Below are positions 1-12,266 of a DNA stretch of 64,000 bases, one piece after another. The notes beneath the pieces are model-generated. The model was not told the DNA's origin. It was given only the letters and a program-made list of their open reading frames with translations, and searched no databases. The stretch comes from Antedon mediterranea (taxonomy: Eukaryota > Animalia > Echinodermata). Where the stretch lies: positions 1,674,001-1,738,000 of the forward strand of contig NC_092671.1 in the NCBI RefSeq assembly GCF_964355755.1, in the 5' to 3' direction. Position 1 is the first letter of the stretch. Every line of letters starts with the position of its first letter. The translations under genes and the position numbers were made by a program.

Positions 1-63
1 CATCAACGTCCGAAGAAACGCGAAATATTTGCTCAAAAGTTAAACAAAATAATAAAGTTTTAC

Positions 64-147
64 CTACAACACACGGCGGCCTGGGGTATAGCAATCCCAG
101 ACAAGACATCGATACAATAACACAATATACCACAGTAGCAACGGTCA
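64..147 (-). CDS. Possible internal exon of an unidentified minus-strand gene (TVATVVYCVIVSMSCLGLLYPRPPCVV)
   Basis: Minus-strand acceptor ttatttccag| and donor TAG|gtaaaa. 84 nt, phase 1-1, open and hydrophobic. No family recognised. Confidence 0.3.
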
Positions 148-1074
148 CTGGAAATAATTCTGGTTATTGTTTGAATAAATCAACATTTACACTCGTACTT
201 TTAGTGTTTATGAATTATATGTTTATAGAAACTTAATTATCACAAGTTTAGCAGCAAGTTACCGTATCTTTCTACCCCTTTGTAATCAATGTATGCTATT
301 TTGTAGAGTTTTGAGTCAAAAAAGTAAAAAATTGTTTGTTAAAACTCTCGAATCTGGAAATGTTCTTAAGATGAATATTTGGCTACTTTTCTAATGTTGA
401 AGCATATGACATTTTTAACGTTGGGAGAATGAATTACAAAAGCGGCGAAATGTTTTATTTTGTGTTAATATTTATAAACTTTTCAATACTTTGTACAGAT
501 GCATTTCTAATCAAACAAAGTGTTGATTATGCTACGGACAAACGTATTACCCATCTTGCTAATGCAGTAGTAAGGGCGCAATAGAGTGGACGTTTCCATA
601 GAACCGCATGCCATTGTTGACTATTTTTATTAAATATATTTTAAATATACTTGTTAACTGATGAAAACATTATCATTTTTTATTATTTATTATATTAAAA
701 TTATATTATTATATGAGTGTAAACATCTTGGTGTCAAAAAAGAACGCTGAAAATATTGTTTTTACATTTTTTTAACATTAAATTATTGTTCCAATGTTTG
801 ATTTAATTTCCTTTTTGCCTATAGATGGCGCTGTGTTATATAAATCATGTAATTTACACTCTGATAAATAGGTTCCATTGCTATACCATTTCACTATATT
901 TTGCTGAACTAAAATAATCATGGTACTGGTTCCAGTAAACGTCTTAATAGAGACATGTGGTAGACATTGACATAAATTTGGCATTTAGATCAATGCTACT
1001 TTTAAGTGTACACCTTTTTTTATACCGTTCTTAATTTTAGCAAAAAGTCTGCTTTTGTAGTTTGTTACTTTGAA

Positions 1075-1298
1075 TTATGGCGCGTAAACTCTACGGTAGT
1101 GGCGCTTTCGATTTGCGACATAATGTGACGCATTGTCGTCGTCATCTTCGTCATCGATTCCTTGAATCGTTTTTTGTCGGATTCTGGTCCAGACGAACAT
1201 GACGTAACCAGTTGTCAAATCGAAACCTCCCAGTGACGCTGGACAAAAGTACGTTAAATCGAATAATTCATCGTCTGCGCACGATAACAAATATTGAA
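1075..1298 (-). CDS. Possible exon of an unidentified minus-strand gene
   Basis: GC-elevated block after an acceptor-like taattttag|. Open frame QYLLSCADDELFDLTYFCP...IDDEDDDDNASHYVANRKRHYRRVYAP-stop. No homology recognised. Confidence 0.3.
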
Positions 1299-1948
1299 CT
1301 AAAATTAGTTATGACTTTGTGGATTTACCAACTTACTGAATAAGGTCAATTCAACAAATAAGATTGCATTTTATTACAATCCTAATGACAATTGGTACTA
1401 CTATTGTGCAAGATTAAACAGTAACCCTGCTTGTGTTTTTTTTTCTTTTATGCAAAATATAAATAGGCCTAAATCCTTTATTGTGACACTGGCGTACGCC
1501 TCTGGTATGTAAATAATTCTAGCGGCGTTTTAAACACTGTTGAGCACTATATCCCGCGAGTGGATAAATATTGGTCCAACAATACGTAGCTCATTAGTCC
1601 TTATTGTATCACTCGGAGTAATCGGGTAGTTAAAAGCAGAAGTGACCTTCACATAATGGTTCAAATCTATCATTTGTGTTGATTGAAACATTTCTAGATG
1701 TGATTATCTGTTAATAGGACCACTTAACTCATAATAGAATGTTAAACACTTATTAAAGAGTGCCGACATGTATAGTAGTAGTAATGCTCATTAGTCTAAA
1801 ATAAATAGTTCCGGAAGATGACTTTTGATCAATCACCCTCGTTATTATATTTATCATTCTTCTAATCCTTATTATGCATAACTTCGACTTCATAATAATT
1901 TAAAAAATTTTAAAATAAAATCTCAACTATTTTATAGTAATCGTACGA

Positions 1949-2262
1949 AATGTGAACGCACGCGTCTACTCGTTGTAATATGGATTCGCGTATACTTTAA
2001 GTAATGTGGACGCGCGCGTATACTCTATGTAATGTGGGCGCGCGTGTATACTCTATGTAATGTGGGCACGCGTGTATACTTTAAGTAATATTTCGACACG
2101 CGGGTATACTTCATGCAATGTGGACGCGCGCGTCTACTTAGTGTAATGTGAACGCGCATCTACTTTATGTAATGTGGACGCGCGCGTCTACTTTAAGTAA
2201 TGTGGATGCGCGCGTCTACTTAATGTAATGTGGAAAAGCGCGTTTACTTTATGTAATTTAAA
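1949..2262. repeat. ~28-bp CpG-rich minisatellite, ~11 copies
   Basis: Consensus AATGTGGACGCGCGCGTMTACTTTATGT repeated head-to-tail. Confidence 0.93.
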
Positions 2263-3616
2263 CACGCCGGCGGTATAGTAATACTGTACCATGTTGTTTG
2301 GTGCACGGGGTGACGAATAATCATCACGAGCCCATCATACATGGAAGTAACTTAGGACTAAATTTTAAAATGATGTTAATTATGTGTAAATAGTTTCAAC
2401 CTGTTTTTATTCATGTAAGTATAATACATTGAATAAGTATCTAATTGAGCGTGTAAATGCACCAGGTCCTTTGACCGGGCCTTTGACGATCATGTTCTGT
2501 CTGTATGAAATAGCAAACAGAACTGAAGCAGCAGTAATTTATAGTTTCGTCGACTGTGCTTTGTGTGTAGCGCCAAGAAAATAACCCCCCATTACGGTAC
2601 CGTACAGAGTTCCGTAACACGACTGGCTATTCCTAAACAAATTCTCACCAAGCAATAAACAAAAAGAACAGTTCGTAATAAGGAAAATAAACTAAGTCGT
2701 CTGTAATGTGTGTGGCTTACCGACAGTCAAAGGAGTCCCGACAAGTGTTCTGATTCATCATGAGCCTGCTTCGATGGCTACAATTCCGTCATTTTGTTTT
2801 GGGGTGTTTTAGGCTGAAGTTTGTGAACCGTCATGCACACGGATGCTGCTGCAACTCATTGGCCGACCTACCCCCTACCACCCCCCCCCCCCCCCCACTT
2901 CTGAATTGGTACCATTTCGACAGCAAATCATTAACTTAATACGAAAAACTAACCCACACCTCGACAGTGAAGCCAAAATATTCACAAACGCCTTTATCTC
3001 CTACACATTTCATATTATTTATGTTGTAATAAAACCAATATCATATTAATAACGATAAGTTTTATTATCTTTCTTATTACCAATAATAAAAGGCTAGACT
3101 AAACTCCTAGTTACCGTCGTAAAAAAACCCATAAAATATACCAAGAAAACTATCCGTTTATAGGACGGTTACAGTAACATTATACCGTAAAACTAGTCTT
3201 TGAAATGAGTTACAATGTTGTCTAATGTTAAATATAGGATATAGGCATGATAATATAAGAATATATATTTTATACCGATACTAAATGTTGTGATTGGTGA
3301 TAGATAGAAAGAATTTTTTTTTAATCAATTAGTTTTTGGGATATCTACACATTTTGACCACATTGTTATTTTAAAATCGATATTTCATAATTGAAATGAT
3401 ATTTATTGAAATGTTTCGCTGTTTTATTTTGTTAAAAATGCGATATTTTGTGTGATTTATGAGCTTCGAAGAGATTGTTCATGGTCGAAAACACAGCTTA
3501 AAAGTGCAGTTTAAAAAGTCAAAGGGTTAACACGTTATATTTAATTTGATATTAAATGTTAAAGTTTGTCCAAACCTCAGTCGAGTGCTTATTTAGTGTG
3601 CCAACAAAGGGTCACA

Positions 3617-3680
3617 TATAAATCTAATAAAGTCCAAAATCTACAATCATCTTACAACAGACTAGCGTACAAAAGTAAGT
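3617..3680 (+). promoter_or_regulatory. Candidate TATA box and short non-coding first exon of gene A
   Basis: TATAAA at 3617-3622, an Inr-like TCA ~30 nt downstream and a canonical donor AA|gtaagt at 3675. This would explain the acceptor immediately before ATG 4251. Confidence 0.45.
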
Positions 3681-4250
3681 CTTGAAAGAACAACAAAAGA
3701 CTGCGTCGTCGACGACACAATGGACTCTTCCAAATTGTGAATTTTGCGGGGGGATCATTGTTCACAAAACGTGTCATCAACTTGTACTTTATTTTTTAAA
3801 TGTATGATAAACAACGGATACTGCACATTTTCTGTTGCTGTCAATATTGCTGATTTCAATGATCAACATCCGTTTCTTTTGAATAGGGTGATTGCTACAC
3901 TCTGTCCATGTAGGTATTTAACGCACTGCCCCATGCTGTTACGTTACTATTGGGAGAATCCAGTATTCACACATCCATCAAGCATAAGTAACGTCGTAGT
4001 GTTAATGTTGCAATCATTTTGACCAATCACAGGTAATTGCCCCTCGCAGCAAATATCAAGCCAAGTTCTACAAGAAATCAACATATTCCAGTGGGAGTCG
4101 ACGACGACGTGAGATTGATGCAAACCGATTTATTTTGCGTTTAGTTTTCAACAAGTGCGTTTGCCAAACTATTTTGTTTGCCGTTCATTTACATACGCTC
4201 ATTTGAATTGCCTGTGTACAATTTTTCTATTTTTATCGACGTTTTTACAG

Positions 4251-4755
4251 ATGCCCAAAATAATGGAGTTATGTTTGCTTATTATTTTTGTTTTATCGTT
4301 TTTGGATGGACAATCGGTTGAGGCCCGTAGGTCACAAGAAGTTTACCAAAAATGTCAGCCAGTTACTATCCCGATGTGCGAGAACTTACCGTACAATATG
4401 ACGACATTCCCTAATTTTCTTAAACACCAGAGCCAAGAGGAGGCAGGCGCAGAAATTGCCCAATTTTTACCGCTCGTAAATGTTGAATGTTCCGAAGATT
4501 TGCGATTTTTTCTTTGTATGATGTACGCACCACCCTGTATCCAAAACTTTGTCATCCCCCCGTGTTTGAATCTTTGCGAACAAGCAAGGTATGGATGTGA
4601 AGTTCTTATGAATAGATTTGGGTTCAGTTGGCCAGAGCAACTATCATGCGACAAGTTCAAAGAAGCCGGCCCTGGTGTCCTTTGCATTGATCGTAATAGA
4701 ACTGATGATAATGTTTCTAAAAGACCTGCTCCAGTATTGACTACAATTGCTCCAG
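4251..4755 (+). CDS. Gene A coding exon 1: signal peptide + Frizzled-type CRD of a secreted sFRP-like (CRD+NTR) protein
   Basis: ATG 4251 lies directly after an acceptor-like ttttacag (alternative ATG 4263). Hydrophobic leader MELCLLIIFVLSFLDG, then a 10-Cys CRD (CQPVTIPMC...FLCMMYAPPC...GFSWPEQLSC...VLCIDRNRT). Ends at CAG|gtaag, phase 1 (505 nt). Confidence 0.93.
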
Positions 4756-5628
4756 GTAAGAATGTTTTTAGTTCATTATTATGAATACGATTAATAACAC
4801 GATTGACATACTTTTGTAATGTACACAGTGACGGGTGGGGTCATTTCACAAAGCTTTGTTTTACATTTCTATGCCTCTATCATTAAGTGTTACTAAATTT
4901 ACCAAGGGGGGTTAATTAGTACTAAATATAATGGTTTTATTTTCTATAATTTTCACAGCATTATAAGATATGTTAAAAATATCCTTTTCTATATTTTGTT
5001 TAACTGGTTTCATGTTTTGATATAAATTTTGTGGTTCCGTACACCACGTATAGTTCTGATCGAAGTTGATCGTCCTCAGGAGTTATTCTTTGTAGCCACT
5101 TTGCCATTCTTTTCACCAACAATAGTTAGTTATATTATTAAGTTTTTCATTTCCATAAGATATACAGTAAGCCAGCTAACTAAATCGTGCAATTTCTCGA
5201 TTTACCAAATTCCATCAATGTTCTTCAAGACTGTGATCACGTTTCATTCGCGTTTACAAAAGTTAATATAAAAGTGTTTCTTTATCAAATAAGTTTAGTC
5301 AGCAGAGCAGCTCACTTTATGTCAATCAGTTTCTTTGAAGACAGATCCAACTCACGTTCCATCTTGGTATGATGTCTTCACGTTCAAGGATGCACTTAAT
5401 CTGCATCTGTAGCAAGACATAATTATCTTTCAATATCATTTCCGATTTTGGCAATCTCCTAAGATGTACATGTAATAGGCCTAGTTGTTTTGTTGTAGAT
5501 GTAATCCCCGCCATTATCTATACGATTAAATGTCGTTTACTGGGGTAGGCTAACTTAATTTGTCTTCGGGTGAACTTTTAGATAAGTGCCGTATACTTCA
5601 GAATACATTTTCTATATTTTTTATACAG

Positions 5629-5697
5629 ATATTTTATGTGAACAAGAAATTAACGAGTCAACCAGATCAAAGAATTGCTCCCTGATCAAACCATTAG
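5629..5697 (+). CDS. Gene A candidate linker/cassette exon (DILCEQEINESTRSKNCSLIKPL)
   Basis: Acceptor ttttttatacag| and donor TAG|gtatga. 69 nt, phase 1-1, open in the frame set by the flanking exons. No counterpart in gene C. Confidence 0.55.
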
Positions 5698-6234
5698 GTA
5701 TGATAACGCATACAATTACGGTTTAATGGGAATAACATTTAAATATTAGGACCCCGTGTACGTTTATTGTTGTACCATTATATATAATTATATATATAAC
5801 ATTCTATAGGAATTTGTGTTGATGATTAACCTAACACATTATTAATAAAATACTACTGTGAAAAAAAAACCTTTAATATTTTTCTCTCTCTTTAAAATAA
5901 GTGTGTGGGGAATAATTCACAAATTAGTGGCCCAATTCAACAGTTCAGCTGAAGTTTGGTTCCCATATCGTACATGAAAATGAGGTCATATTAACATTCT
6001 TCATTAATGTATAATTAAATGATCCAGTAAGTTGTTGGTAAATTGAAACATTCTTCCGTTCTACCTGTACCGGTTTGTCTCAAAGGGACGTGCTGCTGAA
6101 TATCGGCACCTGTTGCCCAAGACAAGGTTTTAAAGGTTCACGCGTGTAAGGATAATTTCACTTGACAGCAATGGCAGTACTGTGATTTTTTAGTTTAGTG
6201 AAAAATACAATTTGAATACAGTACATTTATTGTC

Positions 6235-6480
6235 ATAATGCCTATACTACAGGAAACTATACAGACTCATATGCCTACTAATACTAGACTTCGGCCTACC
6301 ACCCTTGTTGTCATATGCCTATACTAATACCACAGACTAGGACCCATGTTTTCATCATATCGGCCTACTATACTATATACTTATGCCTACCCATGTTTTA
6401 TAGGACTCTAGTCTAATACTATACAAACTTAGGCCTTCCCATGTTGTAATGGGCCTACTAATACTAGACTATAGACTTAT
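6235..6480. repeat. Degenerate short tandem repeats
   Basis: Recurrent GCCTAC/TATACTAATACTAGACT/CCCATGTT motifs. Confidence 0.55.
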
Positions 6481-6712
6481 GTTCATGTAGACCAAGTTTT
6501 TTAATTGAAATTTGAATTTAATCCATCGCAAATTCTCTTAATTCGTCCTGTCATCAGATATCTCCTCGTCACATGATCATTAATCATATTATATACTGTA
6601 CGAGGAATGACCATCGTGAGTTATCATTGTATCATGGTTGTCATTTTGTATTATTGGAACAAGCCTTTCCTATCAAATATTCTCTAATAATTCCTTTGCA
6701 AGTTTCTTCCAT

Positions 6713-6808
6713 CGTCTTGGCCATTTCTCGTCTTGGTCATTTCTCGTCTTGGTCATTTCCCGTCTTGGCCATTTCTCGTCTTGGTCAGTTCTCGTCTTGG
6801 TCATTTCT
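6713..6808. repeat. 16-bp tandem repeat x6
   Basis: CGTCTTGGYCATTTCT, six consecutive units. Confidence 0.95.
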
Positions 6809-7971
6809 TTAGCCGAATCATATCAGTCCACTACAGGAAGTGTCCAATCATCTAAAGAATGTCCATCATTCTTAACTCCTTTGAGTCATCCCGCCATCTA
6901 AACCTGGCTTATTATTCTAGTGTAAAAACATTGATTGATTATAAAATTACATGGGTACACGGTGCAATTACATCTGTTAGAAACCGCCTTGTCGTACTCA
7001 CGAGATTTAGATGACGTTTTTAAAGGTTACTTACCACAAACTGGGACTTGTCCAAGTTCACTGGTAATAACCGCTTCAAGATTAATGTTGGAAAAATAAT
7101 CACTTTTTTTAATGTTGTCGTGCAGCACATGCCGCGTATCACATTTGGTTCGTTCCAACAATCAACACTTATTACTTTGAACAGGTGACTAATCGACCAG
7201 TTGTTATCCTCTAGTCAACATTTGCTAATGTTCTTCAATAATATTAAATCATATTTAATGTACTTGAAGGTCTAAACTTTAAACTGTATATGTAGGCCTA
7301 AATGGTATCCAAACTGACAAGAAACCGCTTGTTTTGGTACTATTGTACATTGGAATTGTGAATGGATAAAGATTTTAATCAATGTACGGTACCCATCCAT
7401 CCATTAATTCATCCATCCGTCTACCCATATCTAGTAACATCCATTCCATCTATCCGTCCATTTCACCACCACCACCCCCCCCCCCCCCCCGTCTGTCTGT
7501 TTGTCTGTCGATCTATCTATGACGTCAAATGAAAATCAGTTGTGTCATTGTATACCGTAGACTTAAATATCAGATTAAAAACTACCGTATCTAATTCCAA
7601 ATAAGTACTGTACTTATTTCTCCGTATTAATTCGTTTTACGTTAGCCCGTACCCATTAGGTGCCTTTCATTTTACTGTTTATGGATTAAGGTTTTCCTTT
7701 CATGGGTGTAATAGTATTATTTTGACCGGTACGTTTTGTATTAGAACTAAGTTGGGAATTACTGTTAGCCCTTGTGTTGTATTAAGATGACTTTTCAATT
7801 CCATTGACCATTTTGCCTTCCATGTATGAAATAAAGGAAATACCACTGTGATGATGTAAATCACAAACACTTATAAAACGTTAATTCATATAATAACTCA
7901 TTTTCCGTAACACCTCGGATTAAAAGACCAATTCTAAAAGACCAATTTTTAAAATAACTATTAGGCCTATT

Positions 7972-8303
7972 GTGCACCTAGAACACCTCCAGAAAGATTT
8001 CGAACGCATTGAGTCGGATGCCTCTCATCCTCTCCACAAAGTGATCATAGACCAACTTAATCCAAGTGGTAGATTGAGGCTCCTCAGTGTGAAAAACAAA
8101 TCGATATGCCAAATCCTTTATTCCCTCCGGTATCATACAACAGGAAGTCACGAAGATAATTTTATCTTGTATTTTTTTAGATGTTTTTATATGAATGGTT
8201 TTATGCTATATTTGTTTTTATTGTGTTTTCTTTGTTATTATCACGAGCAATGAATTTCCTTTTTGAGGATCAATAAAAGTTATCTTATCTTATCTTATCT
8301 TAT
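7972..8303 (+). mobile_element. 5'-truncated LINE 3' end (Rex1/Babar- or L2-like), frameshifted, in gene A intron
   Basis: IESDASHPLH...PSGRLR followed in another frame by RYAKSFIPSGI, typical of the C-terminus of CR1-group RT ORFs. Tail is GGATCAATAAAAG(TTATC)n. Confidence 0.75.
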
Positions 8304-10300
8304 ATCATAATACCAAAAACAAGTAATATCAATTTATCATTCATCATAATTGATCGACATCAAGATATGAGAACAAAATTAACAGAAATGTAGTAGAAAT
8401 GGGAGTTTAGGTTTATTTTTTATTAAACCTTCAATACAAAGTTATTTTTTTTTCATTTTTAAAACTAATCTGTAGTACCGATAGGATATCTCTATTATTG
8501 GCGAGTAATGTGTGTGAATTTGATAAGATCTTTTTGGCTGATTGAAATCCGTCAGCAGCATTCTGTAAGCGACAGACCAGTAAATATAAACACCTAGACA
8601 TTTAGATATTATTGAATCAAATGAACCAAATCTAAAGCTGTCTGATTTCAATCGAAATAGAAATAATAATAAATTGCTTTAAAAATTACGTATAATTAGC
8701 CTAATCTGATAATAGGATCAAGGTTAGAAAATAGAATGTCAGGAGGAGATATTTGCAAACATTTATGTTTAACTAACTTAGGCATGTTTGTTTGCTTGTC
8801 TAACCTATTCAGTTGCATTCATGTCTCTTCTCAGTATATAGGATTCTTTGACTAAGAATGGCGTTAAAATCCAGTTCAATTTGATAACATTTCCTATACG
8901 AAACGCAAACAATCTTGTAAACTAAACTCATTGGAGATGCACTTAAGTATCCATTGATACGGTACTTTTAATAGTACCTATAAACTTCAAAGGATACCGC
9001 TCCAAGGTGATACATTAAGCCGTCAGCCTTTAGGGGAAGGACCTATTTGACCAATTGTTTCAGGTGATAACATCATCTGGTGTAGTTACCTTACCGTCCC
9101 CAAAATTTTTCGCCAATTAATTTGAAATAACGCATCAGCGAAAATACTCTGATGCGACAGAATCAGATTGTTCTAAACTTTATCACCTTTTTTTCAAAAA
9201 CGTTAATTTCGGTTCAGTTGTTACTATTTGTTGTGGTCTGGGATTTGGCAGGTTTTTGGTAATAAAAGTAATTAATAGTACAGTGATCTAATCGGTATAG
9301 TAATCCGATGTCGTGTCCGAGTCCGGCGTGTTGTTTGATTGTTTTTTTTTTGTTATTTATCAGTTCCAAAAGAGTTGTAATTTTATTTTGGTAAAAGTCG
9401 CCACTCGTCTGTCCGACAGTGGATTTTGGCTGAACAAGTCCAGTGTTAGCTTAAGTATAATAGTTTTACTCACTGAGCAAATATTTCGACAATACGTCAT
9501 AGGTTTCTGTAATACGTGTCATAGAAACGTAACACAATGTTATGACCGTTTGAGCAGAATACTTAGTTTTATGCACATCTCAAATTGATCGTATAATATT
9601 CATTACAACATAATAAAACTATTACTAGCAAATAAAATTGACGTTTATAGATTTTAAACGGTCTTGTCAACTCGCGTAACTGTATCCTTTTAGTAAGCTG
9701 ATGCTACCACTCTTACTACCTGTATTTTCCTTTCGTATTCTATCCCACCCAGTGTGGTTAAAATCACCCCCTATAGCTCTGAGGTGAGAACAATTTGAGA
9801 CTGTGTTAGTATACCAAAGTTGGAAAGGGTGAAAAAAGGATCGTCTGTCATTCAAAATAGACAAACACAAACTAACACATCTTGAAGTTTAAAAGACCAC
9901 CGGCAGTGTTCATATTTCCATCGAATTACTGAAAATTGTAAAGAAAAAATAAATACACCTACTTTTTCAACCATATATAAACATTGCGTTTAATAGCAAG
10001 CCTAATATCATTATTATCATTATCATTCTGTTTTAGAATGATTACATTTTCTGTTCTTTAGTTAAACTTGTTTACTGCTGTGTCCCTTTTCCACTTATAT
10101 TTCTTTTCTTGCATTATATTAATAACATTTTCATTATTGGCTGTATTTTTATTTTGTTACTCTCTAGGCCCTATTTTGCGGAATTTGTGGAATTAAAGTT
10201 TATTATTATTATTATTCATTATCCTACGTACGTGTCTTTAAATTTAAGTTTGAGTTGATATTTATTCTTTACTTATTTTTTTCTTTTCTTTAACTTTCAG

Positions 10301-10387
10301 TTCCAGTTGACGATGTCACTTATTGCTTCGAATCTAGCGCTATTGTTTACGAAGATATTCTTTCTGAATTCTGCAAAGCACACTTTG
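10301..10387 (+). CDS. Gene A 87-nt exon: start of NTR domain (VPVDDVTYCFESSAIVYEDILSEFCKAHF)
   Basis: Long polypyrimidine tract ending ttcag|, donor TTG|gtaagt, phase 1-1. Same length as, and clearly similar to, exon 16789-16875 of gene C. Missed by the ORF track. Confidence 0.9.
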
Positions 10388-10466
10388 GTAAGTATTTATT
10401 TTACACTACATTAATTTAGATTTTATCAAACCATATCGCATAATTTTAAAATTCATTGGTACACAT

Positions 10467-10593
10467 AAAGCTAAAGCAACGCAAGAACATAAGCGCGCGC
10501 AATTTGACCAATCACGACGTATGGATCATCTAAACTGTCGCTTGTGATTGGTTAGCTTACCATGCGTTGCGCTTACGTGAGAACCAAGCTTAA
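10467..10593. mobile_element. Palindromic MITE family 1 copy
   Basis: GCAACGCA...TGACCAATCAC...GTGATTGGTTA...TGCGTTGC...GAACCAAGCTT. Related copies at ~17140, ~19520, ~30125 and ~51715. Confidence 0.7.
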
Positions 10594-11964
10594 GCCGCTC
10601 AATGCATCGTATCAATATTCGTGAGTCACTTTTCGTCAGACCGGATCTTAGATTTTGGGAAACGTATAAGGCTAAAATCGATTGTTAAAAGAAAGGGTTT
10701 CATTTTCTTCCTGTCTTAGGCATATAGAATAAAAAGATACGGTATGTGTGTCTCCCTGTTACCATGATAGATGTACAAAAGATAACTTCAGTCACAGCAG
10801 CTGCGGAAATCTCCCAGGCTTTGTTTTATATTCCATCTTTTTACCTGCTATCATTAATACCCGTACATATCGTTTTTCTAGGCTTATAAACTCCAATCAA
10901 TCAAGGGTGAAAATACCGGTACTGGTTAAACACCTGGCCTATACCCATGTGCCCTCAACTAACTTGGGGCTCAATAACCTTAACTGGTTTATGAACCTGG
11001 TTTAAGGACTTGCTTGAATTCCCTCCAGTGCAGCAGAACATAATTATAAAGATGATGCATTTCCGTGTTTTCTACATTTATGAACGATTATGTCAGATGG
11101 CTAGGTTGCTTTTCATGTCAAAGCAAAATTAAATTATTTAGAATCAAAACTCAGGCTTAAAAACAGCACTGAACTCAGTGTTGGCACGAAACGCAGAAAA
11201 CTGCTACAGTAGTCCTCTTTTTAACTATTCAGATAAACTTACATTAATTTATCAAATTAAGCAATATGATCACATACGGTACAACAAAATTAATAAATTT
11301 ACTGTATAGCGCCCTCATGCGTTAAAAAACTTTATAGAAGGACACGTTTTAATTTGAACCAATTACGGACCATCGTTTTTATGATTTTTTTTTTATTTTA
11401 TGACTAATACATTCTGATGTTTTAGCACGTTTTAAATGTCGATTACTATCGGTGATCTCATAAAATAATTTCTAATAAAACTGTTTTAAAATTACATCAC
11501 TATCAATTTTCTTCGACCCACTTTACGGTATTACAAGCATTACCGTAACTCAAGGCCCATAAAAATCATTCCCTAATATATTAAATTCCAATGGGTTCAA
11601 ATAGAGAAGCAAAAGGGGGATAGAGTTGATATTCTTTGTCTTATTAAATTGTATTGACAAATGAAAAACAAACGGCAGATTCAGGAAGTTGGCTGTTGGC
11701 GAGATCACATTTAATTGTTTACTATCTCGATTAAATGCCAGGGTACCTCTAAATCTTCTAACAGGGGACTTGATTAGCGCGTTTTTACTCCTTTCTTCTT
11801 GTGAACTTAAAATGCGGGTTAGCGTAATGGAATGAACGGAGAAAGTATGGCACGCTTTTTATGCCTTACCAATATCCTTTTCTAGATTTGACACTTTTTT
11901 AAATTGGTATTTTCCGCATTTGTGAAGTCATTTATTGATGATTTCTTTTCTTGTTTACTTTCAG

Positions 11965-12266
11965 TAATGAAGATCCGTCTAGAATCTATTTCAAGCACAG
12001 TTCAAGAAACATCGTACCAAGCTAACGATCGAAAACGTGAAATATATAAACGCGATGGTCTGAAGAAACGCGATTTGAAGGCGATGTTGTTCCACATGCG
12101 CAACAGCGCAGCACCTGAATGTTGCAACGTTATGAAGCCAGGCGAAGAGTTTCTTGTTATGGGTTACAAAGACAATAAAAGGCTGATCATCAGCTCTGTA
12201 TTCGCCTGGACACGATCCAGAGACTTCAGACAGACCATTAGAAAATTTGTAGATTTAGACTGCTGA
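11965..12266 (+). CDS. Gene A terminal exon: NTR (netrin C-terminal/C345C) domain, sFRP1/2/5-like
   Basis: Acceptor ctttcag|, phase 1. VMKIRL...IYKRDGLKKRDLK...ECC...FLVMGYK...LIISSVFAW...LDC-stop. Spliced product is 297 aa (320 aa with the 69-nt exon). AATAAA motifs follow at ~12373, ~12404 and ~12673. Confidence 0.9.

Noticed and set aside
1949-2262. CRISPR-like array (28-bp palindromic repeats)
   Set aside because: Units are contiguous with no unique spacers, there are no cas genes and the context is eukaryotic.
4155-4784. ORF-track protein as a complete single-exon CRD-only gene
   Set aside because: It starts at GTG in intron-like sequence and runs through a strong phase-1 donor that matches the downstream NTR exons.
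6573-6901. Repetitive ORFs (SRLGHFSSWSF)
   Set aside because: They are translations of a 16-bp tandem repeat.
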